Below are positions 46,113 to 53,772 of a stretch of 64,000 bases of DNA, piece after piece. Numbering within the stretch: the first letter of the stretch is position 1; each line of letters begins with the position of its first letter. The notes beneath the pieces are model-generated. The model saw nothing but the letters and a program-made list of their open reading frames with translations. It ran no database searches and was not told the origin of the DNA. A program made the position numbers and the translations under genes. The DNA is from Eubacteriales bacterium (lineage in GTDB: Bacteria; Bacillota; Clostridia; Oscillospirales; CAG-272), in assembly GCA_045587445.1 (NCBI GenBank), contig JAZNCH010000069.1, forward strand, positions 5,466 to 69,465, given 5' to 3'.

Positions 46113-46940
46113 TTATTTTGCCGAAAGTGCCGCGCCTATAACGGTGCTGAACTGCGCATTTTGAGGAATAACAAAATTAACGTCAAACATAGAATTAAGC
46201 GTTTGAAAAATTTCTTTGCTTTGGGGAACTCTTGTAAGATTTCCCGTAAGAACAATATCTTTTATATGATGGTTTCTCGCCGCAAACACGGCAATCATAC
46301 CGGCTACTTCAAATACCATGTTGATTATGCCAAGTGCCATATCTTCGCGTGTCGCCATGTCGCTTATTTTACCAAAGTTTGCCGCAGTCATAGTGTCGGG
46401 CAAACCTCCAAAATCTGAATTGTTTGAAATATCTTTTATGCGAAGGTCAATATTATTCAAGTTGCCGTTTTTTGCAAGGTCAACGATATGGTCAATGTCG
46501 TTCATATTAAGAATCTGCTTGCTAAGTCCCATAAGAGTCCCCCCCCCGACACCTGTACCGCCAAGGTAGGCTATCTTGTTGCCTGATTTGGCATGGACTA
46601 ATGCTGTGCCTGTTCCAAGACTGACAACTATCGTTTCTTCAAGTTTCGACAAATAAAGACCGCCGCGACCTACGCATTCAAACTCGGGAACGCTTTCGCA
46701 TTTTAAACCGTAAAGTGGCTTGGTTATAAAAGTTGAACCTACACCGGTCATCATAACTCGGCTGATATCAGTCAGTTCAATAGAGTTCTCCGATGTAAAT
46801 TTACCAAACGCTCCGTATATGGAAGTAACTTGGTCTGTCGCTCTTACAAACAGAGGATTTATGAGATTGTTGTTTTCGTCAAAGCCGACTATCTTTGTGG
46901 TGCTTCCGCCAACGTCTATTCCTATTACGTATTTTGACAT
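46113..46940 (-). CDS. coaW: Type II pantothenate kinase (ASKHA fold)
   Basis: IGIDVGGSTTKIVGF.., LGTGTA.., GGTGVGGGT.., GNLT; a 275 aa protein. Confidence 0.75.
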   Translation of the reverse strand: MSKYVIGIDVGGSTTKIVGFDENNNLINPLFVRATDQVTSIYGAFGKFTSENSIELTDISRVMMTGVGSTFITKPLYGLKCESVPEFECVGRGGLYLSKLEETIVVSLGTGTALVHAKSGNKIAYLGGTGVGGGTLMGLSKQILNMNDIDHIVDLAKNGNLNNIDLRIKDISNNSDFGGLPDTMTAANFGKISDMATREDMALGIINMVFEVAGMIAVFAARNHHIKDIVLTGNLTRVPQSKEIFQTLNSMFDVNFVIPQNAQFSTVIGAALSAK

Positions 46941-47143
46941 AGAAAAACCGCCTTTTTTATTAATACCATAGCTATGATAACACTATTGATAAGAAAATTC
47001 AAGAGTCTGCGCTAAATAATAACGATATATACTATAAATTTAGAAAAAATGTTGAAAAAATAAAAAATATCGGTTGCAAATACCGAGGAAATGTGTTAAT
47101 ATTATGGGTGTAAATAAAATTTACGAAAAAGAGGTGGTTTGCC

Positions 47144-47848
47144 GTGAGTGAAAGAAAAATAAAATTTCGCAATGCTATGGGTGGTTACAATAAGGCAGAC
47201 GTAAACGATTACATTGAATCTTTGAATACAAAAATATTTGAATCGGAGAACGAGAGCAATAAAAAAATTGCAGAGCTTGAAAAGAAAGTAAAAGAGCTCG
47301 AAAGCGAAGTCAGTCAGAAGAACGAAGAAGAGATAAAAGAAATTTATGAAAAGGTTGAAAGAGCTGACAGACTTATTGTAGAGCTGAACGGGCATATTGA
47401 CGCCCTTCGTCAGGAAAACGGCGAGCTTGAAAAGAAAAATATCGAACTTGCTTCAAAGATAGAAGAGTACGAAAAAACTGTGAGCGAAACCAGTGAATTA
47501 TATGATAAGTCCAGCAAGTATGATAAAATAAGCGAACAGATAGGTTCTATGATAGTCAGCGCAAACGCAAGAGCTGAGAGTATTGTAAGTGAAGCGGAGC
47601 TTAAAGCGAGAGTTGCGTCAAAAACTATGATAGATATGACCGTTGATAAGTTGAACGGATTGAATGAAAAATACTTAGGTGAAATTGTTGCGAAGTCTGT
47701 ACAGCTTACAGAAGCATTTCGCAGTCTTTCTCTTGAAGCGGAGGGTTTTCGTATGGGAACTAATTCCGCATTAGAAGAGGAGGGCGTTAAGCTGAAAGAA
47801 TCGCTTGAAACTACAAAAAGAGTTATAATGGAGGAGAAAAATGACTAA
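47144..47848 (+). CDS. DivIVA-domain coiled-coil protein
   Basis: The N-terminus FRNAMGGYNKADVNDYIESL matches the DivIVA F..RGY...V..FL motif, followed by long heptad-rich E/K coiled coil. The start is a GTG. Confidence 0.75.
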   Translation: MSERKIKFRNAMGGYNKADVNDYIESLNTKIFESENESNKKIAELEKKVKELESEVSQKNEEEIKEIYEKVERADRLIVELNGHIDALRQENGELEKKNIELASKIEEYEKTVSETSELYDKSSKYDKISEQIGSMIVSANARAESIVSEAELKARVASKTMIDMTVDKLNGLNEKYLGEIVAKSVQLTEAFRSLSLEAEGFRMGTNSALEEEGVKLKESLETTKRVIMEEKND

Positions 47849-48371
47849 ATCTTACAACACGGCAAACATTGCCGAATGGGCAGACAAACTTGTATGCGGA
47901 GAGGAAATATTGCTTTCGGGTGTTGTATACACTGCGAGAGATGCCGCGCACAAAAGAATTAAAGCACTTATAGACGAGGGCAAAGAATTGCCTTTTGAAC
48001 TTAAGAATGCTACTATCTACTATGCAGGACCTACACCTGAAAAGCCCGGTATGCCTATTGGCTCATGCGGACCTACAACTTCAACTAGAATGGACGTTTT
48101 TGCGCCCGAATTTATGGATCTTGGACTTAAGTGCATGGTAGGAAAAGGCAACAGAAGTCAGGCGGTTATTGACGCTATTGTTAGAAATAAGGGCGTATAT
48201 CTTTGTGCTATCGGCGGTGCGGGAGCACTTGCGGCAAACTGTGTGAAGAAGCTTGATATTATTGCTTTTGAAGACCTCGGTTGTGAGTCCGTAAAGAGAC
48301 TTGAAATCGAAAACTTCCCCTTATATGTAGGTATAGATTCGCAAGGCAGATCGCTTTTCGGCGATAAGTAA
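47841..48371 (+). CDS. Fe-S type hydro-lyase beta subunit (class I fumarate hydratase / tartrate dehydratase beta, FumA_C family)
   Basis: LSGVVYTARDAAHKR..YYAGPTP..GSCGPTTSTRMD..MVGKGNRS. It overlaps the DivIVA-like gene by 8 nt. Confidence 0.85.
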   Translation: MTKSYNTANIAEWADKLVCGEEILLSGVVYTARDAAHKRIKALIDEGKELPFELKNATIYYAGPTPEKPGMPIGSCGPTTSTRMDVFAPEFMDLGLKCMVGKGNRSQAVIDAIVRNKGVYLCAIGGAGALAANCVKKLDIIAFEDLGCESVKRLEIENFPLYVGIDSQGRSLFGDK

Positions 48372-48374
48372 TAT

Positions 48375-49178
48375 ATGAAACTTGGTGAAAAAATTCGTTC
48401 GGCAAGACTGAATGCGGGAATGACGCAGGCAGAGCTTGCCGGCGATTTTATAACAAGAAATATGCTCAGCCAGATAGAAAACGGACTGGCAATGCCTTCT
48501 CTTCAAACTGCCTTGTATATTGCCGATAAGCTTGGTGTAGATGCAGGGATACTGTTTTCCGAGCGAGACAATAAAGAGGCGTATTTTCTTACCCGAAAGC
48601 TGCCAAACCTCAAGGCTCATTTTGAAAACGGCGAATATGATAAATGTATAGAGATTTGTTCCGAAGAAGCCGAGAATTGCGATGAAGCTTGTATTATATT
48701 GGCAGAGTGTTATATAAAAAAAGCCTATGACAACTTTTACAGAGGGAAATTGCGTCAGGCTTTGAAGTACAGTGAGACTGCCGTAAAATATGCGTCAAAA
48801 TCAGTATATTCGTCAGATGGGATAAGGCTGAAAAACGAAATGCTTGAGGCTGTTATTTCTGCGATAACACCGTATTTAAAACAGACGAGGTTTAAGGCGG
48901 AAGAAAGAAAGTATCTTATTGACCGTTTTAATAACACTTCTTTAAAACGAGCGATTATTCACGAGCTGAATAAAGCCAAGAGTTATTCCGAAGAGGGAAG
49001 GTATACCGAAGCTGTTGACGTGCTTAAAGGATTGCTTAAAGAAAAAGAACTTGGTGTTCCTTTTGAATATGCCGTATATAACGAATATGAAATATGTTGC
49101 AGAGAGCTTCGGGATTATGAAAATGCTTATAAGTATGCAAACTTAGCAAAAAAACTGTTGGAAGAAATGCAACAGTGA
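48375..49178 (+). CDS. XRE-family HTH regulator with a TPR-like helical C-terminal domain
   Basis: The HTH is IRSARLNAGMTQAELAGDFITRNMLSQIENG, followed by about 200 aa of helical repeats rich in Y/A/K/E. Confidence 0.75.
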   Translation: MKLGEKIRSARLNAGMTQAELAGDFITRNMLSQIENGLAMPSLQTALYIADKLGVDAGILFSERDNKEAYFLTRKLPNLKAHFENGEYDKCIEICSEEAENCDEACIILAECYIKKAYDNFYRGKLRQALKYSETAVKYASKSVYSSDGIRLKNEMLEAVISAITPYLKQTRFKAEERKYLIDRFNNTSLKRAIIHELNKAKSYSEEGRYTEAVDVLKGLLKEKELGVPFEYAVYNEYEICCRELRDYENAYKYANLAKKLLEEMQQ

Positions 49179-49197
49179 TTTAATAAATCTATTTTTT

Positions 49198-50256
49198 ATG
49201 AGGAAAATTATGAAAAGATTACTTTTAGTTTTAATGTGTTTGGCAATGGTAGTATCCCTTGCCGCTTGCGGATTGTCCGAAATAGGAGACTATATTGAGT
49301 CCCCCGAACAGAAAAAGGCTAATTTTGAAGATTTCAGGAAATCTCTTAATCAGCAAAACGCGGTAGCTCTTGATGCTGAGCTTCTTGTTCAGGAAGGTGC
49401 TTCAAATATGCTTATTGCCGACGTAAAAAACAATACTACATTTGAATTGACCGAGATTAAGATTGCGTTTGCGGCTTGGTCAAGTTCAGGTCTTCCCGTA
49501 GCACTTGATTACGAAGACGGCAACTCATATTACGTTGTTGAAACCGATATGGAAGGTGTGGTTATTGAGGGTTCACAAAGATGGTATGCTGATATGGGGC
49601 TTGTTGTAAATTCTTCTGTTTTTACTATTGACTACGTTGAAGCTATAGTTATGTCATATAAGGCTAACGGAACTCTTTGGGAAAACCCATTGTACGAGCA
49701 GTGGGGGAAGTATTTTAACGGCGAAACACTTGAAGATTATATGAAGCTTCCCGCACCTACAGTTGATGAACTTAAAGCTGAATATGATGACCTGAAGACA
49801 CAGATAACAAAGCAGAATGCAGTTGCTACAGAGTCCAGATTGTATCCGCAAGCAGACGGCAGAATAATGCTTATTACCGACGTTAAGAATAATACAGCAT
49901 TTGAGCTTACAAACGTTGTTGTAGCATTTGCAGGATTTACTGCTGACGGTACGCCCGTTAAACTTATTGGCGAGACGGAGACAGTAGGATATTACGTTAG
50001 AGAGATAACTTTGACAGGGCTCGCAGTAGAAGCAGGCGGATATTGGGTAGGCGACCTTGGATTTGCTCTTTCTCAATCATGCTCAACTATAGAACGTGTT
50101 GAAGCTGTTGTAATGTCTTGCAACGTAAACGGAGAAGCGTGGGTAAATCCTCTTTATGCACGTTGGAAGAATACGTTCCTTGGCGAAAAGATGGAAGAAT
50201 GGATGACCGACATTTCTGCTGCCGGAGAAGAAACCGAAGCTGAAGCACAAACTTAA
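49198..50256 (+). CDS. Lipoprotein with an internally duplicated ~150-aa domain
   Basis: Lipobox LAACG. The two halves align: NAVALDAELLVQEGASNMLIADVKNNTTFELTEIKIAFAAW with NAVATESRLYPQADGRIMLITDVKNNTAFELTNVVVAFAGF, and ..VEAIVMSYKANGTLWENPLYEQW with VEAVVMSCNVNGEAWVNPLYARW. Confidence 0.7.
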   Translation: MRKIMKRLLLVLMCLAMVVSLAACGLSEIGDYIESPEQKKANFEDFRKSLNQQNAVALDAELLVQEGASNMLIADVKNNTTFELTEIKIAFAAWSSSGLPVALDYEDGNSYYVVETDMEGVVIEGSQRWYADMGLVVNSSVFTIDYVEAIVMSYKANGTLWENPLYEQWGKYFNGETLEDYMKLPAPTVDELKAEYDDLKTQITKQNAVATESRLYPQADGRIMLITDVKNNTAFELTNVVVAFAGFTADGTPVKLIGETETVGYYVREITLTGLAVEAGGYWVGDLGFALSQSCSTIERVEAVVMSCNVNGEAWVNPLYARWKNTFLGEKMEEWMTDISAAGEETEAEAQT

Positions 50257-50312
50257 TGTAAAATAAATAAACGAGAGTGTATACGGGCAGTTAGCCGTAT
50301 GCACTCGTTTTT

Positions 50313-50681
50313 TTATATAATATTGTCGAGCCGCAACTCTTGAACGTCTTTTATATATTCAAGAATATTCAGCATAGACTTTTTGGCGGCGAGATAAGTT
50401 CCGGCATCATCTGCATCAACACCGGCTTTTGCGGCGGATATTTCTCTTGAGAAATTATAGACGAAATCAAATTTTATAACAGCGGAATAGAGTTCTTTGT
50501 GCTTGTTCCAATGTTTTTCAATTTTCTCAATAGATTTAAGCGTGTCTTTGTCGGGCTCGTCGGGAAGTTTATTTGTTTGTTCAATAAGCCCTTTTAGCGA
50601 GTTATCGACGGTTACTCCAGACCAAATTACAAAAACTATTGACGCAATAAGCAATATAACAGGAATAATAATCGTTTTCAT
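50313..50681 (-). CDS. DUF4363-like small membrane-anchored protein
   Basis: A single N-terminal TM and helical remainder; 4-nt overlap with the upstream DUF421 gene, a typical pairing. Confidence 0.6.
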   Translation of the reverse strand: MKTIIIPVILLIASIVFVIWSGVTVDNSLKGLIEQTNKLPDEPDKDTLKSIEKIEKHWNKHKELYSAVIKFDFVYNFSREISAAKAGVDADDAGTYLAAKKSMLNILEYIKDVQELRLDNII

Positions 50682-51355
50682 TTTGTTTCTCCGTTTTTTA
50701 TAAGATTAATGTTACCCGCATCGTCAACAGAAAAGAGGAAGACGTCATTGAGTCGGGTTTTGCGTTTTTTTAGTTGATTTAACAGCCATTTTCTGTTGTG
50801 TCCTATGATATGAAGATTGAAATCGCTTATTTGGCCGTCGGCAATGACGGTATGAATAATGCCTTTTTCATTTTTATTTATATTCAAATCGGAAAGAGTT
50901 ACCGTTTTAGCGTGTATTTTGGGGATGACGGATATTTGTCCGTTTTCTTCAAGAATGGCATATTCAACGTCGGATATGTCGGATATATCCTTTAATCTCA
51001 ATTGAGACATAAGCTCGTCAAGGCTGAGTCTGTCTTTTGCCATTTCGTTTTTGCACAGTCTGCCTTTATTGATGATGATACTCGGACTTCCGCCGATAAG
51101 CTTTTTGACCTTGCGGTTTTTTATTGCTAAATACGATATGATTACTTCAAGGGAGATAAGAATAACGATAGGGATAAGAGAAAAAGTAAGGGGAATAGTG
51201 TTGTCAGCGATAGGGATAGAAGCAAGTTCGGAGAGGAGCATTGTTATTACAAGCTCGGATAGTTCAAGCTCACCAAGCTGTCTTTTTCCCATAAAACGCA
51301 TAGCACTGACAAGAAGGAGATAAGTTATAATAGTTCGGAAAAATAATGTGTACAT
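50678..51355 (-). CDS. DUF421 (YetF-like) membrane protein
   Basis: The N-terminus ..ITYLLLVSAMRFMGKRQLGELELSELVITMLLSE matches the DUF421/YetF_N pattern. Confidence 0.75.
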   Translation of the reverse strand: MYTLFFRTIITYLLLVSAMRFMGKRQLGELELSELVITMLLSELASIPIADNTIPLTFSLIPIVILISLEVIISYLAIKNRKVKKLIGGSPSIIINKGRLCKNEMAKDRLSLDELMSQLRLKDISDISDVEYAILEENGQISVIPKIHAKTVTLSDLNINKNEKGIIHTVIADGQISDFNLHIIGHNRKWLLNQLKKRKTRLNDVFLFSVDDAGNINLIKNGETK

Positions 51356-51429
51356 AGAAAACCTCGGCTTTTTTTGTTATTATTCCATAAAAAGCACTTA
51401 ATTAAACCTACAAAAATTACAAAAAGGTA

Positions 51430-51458
51430 TTGACAAATATAAATATGTGTGATATTAT
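51430..51458 (+). promoter_or_regulatory. sigma-A type promoter of tRNA-Lys
   Basis: TTGACA (51430-51435), 17 nt spacer, TATTAT (51453-51458). Confidence 0.55.
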
Positions 51459-51495
51459 ATTAAAGCTCGATTTGCAGAGCATAAAATAATAGTGT

Positions 51496-51571
51496 GCCCC
51501 ATTAGCTCAGAAGGTAGAGCACTTGACTTTTAATCAAGGTGTCCGGAGTTCGACTCTCCGATGGAGCACCA
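51496..51571 (+). tRNA. tRNA-Lys (anticodon UUU), CCA encoded
   Basis: Manual cloverleaf: acceptor GCCCCAU/AUGGAGC, D arm GCUC-AGAAGGUA-GAGC, anticodon arm CUUGA-CUUUUAA-UCAAG, T arm CGGAG-UUCGACU-CUCCG, then A-CCA. Confidence 0.9.
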
Positions 51572-51572
51572 A

Positions 51573-51614
51573 AAAGAAACGACAATTTTCGCCAGAAGAT
51601 TGTCGTTTCTTTTT
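51573..51614 (+). terminator. Rho-independent terminator after tRNA-Lys
   Basis: AGAAACGACAAU-12 nt-AUUGUCGUUUCU followed by UUUU. Confidence 0.8.
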
Positions 51615-51703
51615 GTACTATTCTTGACAAGTTTCTAGTTTTGCTTCGCAAAACATTGAATTGTATGTAAAACTATGATATACTTACATAGAGGTAAGGA
51701 GAT

Positions 51704-52054
51704 ATGGAAAGTCCACTTTTGAATAAGTCGCTCGAGTTTGCAACGAAAATTGTACTTTTTTATGAAGACTATTCAAACTCAAGGAGAGATACAACTGTTG
51801 CGAAGAAGCTTCTTCGGAGCGCAACTTCGGTTGGAGCAAATATTAATGAAGCAATTTATGGAAATAGTAAAGCAGATTTTATTTCAAAATTGCATATCTC
51901 GTTAAAAGAGATTAGTGAGAGAATATATTGGCTTACGCTTTTAAAAAATACCAACTTATATGAATATGATTATTCCGAACCTATTAACCTTGCTGAAGAA
52001 ATTAAACGTATGCTTATTTCTTCCATTAATACTGCAAAAAACAATCTAAAGTAA
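51704..52054 (+). CDS. Four-helix-bundle protein (23S rRNA intervening-sequence protein family)
   Basis: ..LLRSATSVGANINEA..SKADFISKLHISLKEISERIYWLTLL is the characteristic motif of this family. Confidence 0.8.
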   Translation: MESPLLNKSLEFATKIVLFYEDYSNSRRDTTVAKKLLRSATSVGANINEAIYGNSKADFISKLHISLKEISERIYWLTLLKNTNLYEYDYSEPINLAEEIKRMLISSINTAKNNLK

Positions 52055-52147
52055 AAAAATGATTATTGTATTGTTATGCTTTTCCATTTTGCTTACAAAT
52101 ATAATATGGTACAATAACAACGTAAAACAAATGAGGTGTATTTTGTT

Positions 52148-52705
52148 ATGGATATGAAAGATATGCTTTTTGAAAAGAAAATAGACGGAGAAGTAAAGTT
52201 TCTTGGAAAAATAGTAAGAATTGAGACGGATAACGTAGAGTTGGCAAACGGCAATACAGCCTATAGAGAAGTAGTCAGAAAAAACGGCGGTGTATGCATT
52301 GTACCGTTAACTGAAGAGGGCGAAGTAGTATTTGTTAATCAGTTCAGATACCCTTACGGTAAGGTAATAAAGGAAGTTCCTGCGGGAAAAATTGAAGCAA
52401 ATGAAGACCCGCTTGAGTGCGGCATTAGGGAATTATCCGAAGAAACAGGATATACGGCGGGTAAGATTATTCCTCTCGGTATTTTCTATCCTTCGCCGGG
52501 AATTATGGACGAGATTCTTTATATGTATCTTGCAACAGAGCTTAAGCAAGGCAATATTCACCTTGATGAAGATGAGTTTTTGACAAGCGAAAAGATACCT
52601 CTTGAAGATGCCGTTCAGATGATACTTGACGGAGATTTGCCTGACGGGAAAACGCAGACGGCAGTTCTTAAAACTTGGGTGCTGAAGCAAAAGGGGATTA
52701 TATAA
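52148..52705 (+). CDS. NUDIX hydrolase (ADP-ribose pyrophosphatase-like)
   Basis: The Nudix box is GKIEANEDPLECGIRELSEETGY. ATG 52148 lies 8 nt after GAGGTG. Confidence 0.85.
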   Translation: MDMKDMLFEKKIDGEVKFLGKIVRIETDNVELANGNTAYREVVRKNGGVCIVPLTEEGEVVFVNQFRYPYGKVIKEVPAGKIEANEDPLECGIRELSEETGYTAGKIIPLGIFYPSPGIMDEILYMYLATELKQGNIHLDEDEFLTSEKIPLEDAVQMILDGDLPDGKTQTAVLKTWVLKQKGII

Positions 52706-52707
52706 TC

Positions 52708-53580
52708 ATGTCGGGAAAAATAACAAAAAGCGAAGTATTATCACTGCTTCCCGAAAGAAAAAAAGAGAGCTCAAAGTACGATTATGGCAAACTCCTTGCT
52801 GTATGCGGAAGTACATTTTACAGAGGTGCTGCATATCTCAGTTGTGCGTCAGCTCTTCGTTGCGGTGCGGGAATAGTAACTTTAGCCTCGATTGAAAAAG
52901 TAATATCTACTGTGGGAGCCAATATACCCGAATGTACGTTTTTGCCTTTATCAGAAAGCGAAAACGGAACAATTTCAGCTTATAACGGTTATACTGTTTT
53001 AAAACAGGTTAAAGGTTGCACCACGCTTTTGCTTGGGTGCGGTTTGGATATAGATGATGATACACGGTCGCTTGTAAAAAGAATTATAGCTGAGGCTGAA
53101 TGTCAGCTTGTTCTTGATGCTGATGCTTTAAATATACTGTCGGAATGTCCGGAATTTATAAAGTCAGCCCAAAAACCACCTATTATAACCCCTCATCATA
53201 GTGAAATGGCACGGCTGTGCGGTAAGACTCGGAAAGAGGTTGCCGAGGCTCCCATTGTAACGGCAATGCGTTTTGCAGAGGAATATAATTGTTACGTTGT
53301 TTTGAAGTCTCATATAACCTATATTGCAACACCTGACGGCAGTTTGGCAGTTAACGACGAAGTGGGGAATGCGGGATTGGCACGTGGTGGAAGCGGCGAC
53401 GTGCTTGCGGGAATGATTTCTTCATTTTGCGCACAAGGATTGAACCCATTTGATGCGGCAAAATGCGGTGTATATCTACACGGACTGTCTGCAGATATGT
53501 GTGCAAAAAGGCTGTCAATGCAGGCAATGTTACCAAGTGATATATTGACCGATTTAAGTAAAATATTTTTAGAAAAATAA
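52708..53580 (+). CDS. nnrD: ADP-dependent NAD(P)H-hydrate dehydratase (YjeF C-terminal type)
   Basis: KYDYGKLLAVCGS..YRGAAYLS..LDADAL..TPH..E..GNAGLARGGSGDVLAGMI. Confidence 0.88.
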   Translation: MSGKITKSEVLSLLPERKKESSKYDYGKLLAVCGSTFYRGAAYLSCASALRCGAGIVTLASIEKVISTVGANIPECTFLPLSESENGTISAYNGYTVLKQVKGCTTLLLGCGLDIDDDTRSLVKRIIAEAECQLVLDADALNILSECPEFIKSAQKPPIITPHHSEMARLCGKTRKEVAEAPIVTAMRFAEEYNCYVVLKSHITYIATPDGSLAVNDEVGNAGLARGGSGDVLAGMISSFCAQGLNPFDAAKCGVYLHGLSADMCAKRLSMQAMLPSDILTDLSKIFLEK

Positions 53581-53589
53581 ACAATTATT

Positions 53590-53725
53590 TTTTGCGGAGC
53601 GTCGAGGACGTCGCTCCCTACAGGATTGTATGTGTTTGTAGTTTGCGAAAAGAGACTTTGTATTATTTAAGTTTTTTGAGGGATTCAAAGGGAACTTTTT
53701 TGAAAAAAAGTTCCCTTTGATTTAT
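53590..53725. repeat. Intergenic palindromic repeat modules (family member)
   Basis: GGAGCGTCGaggaCGTCGCTCCCTACAGG.., TTTTTTGAGGGATTC, and the perfect palindrome AAAGGGAACTTTTTTTGAAAAAAAGTTCCCTTT (53688-53720). Confidence 0.8.
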
Positions 53726-53743
53726 AAAAAGAGAACGCATAGG

Positions 53744-53772
53744 CTGACGCCTATGCGTATTTTATTTCTATT
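53744..53772. terminator. Bidirectional terminator hairpin
   Basis: ACGCAUAGGC-ugac-GCCUAUGCGU flanked by A/U runs, between nnrD and the convergent helicase gene. Confidence 0.7.
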
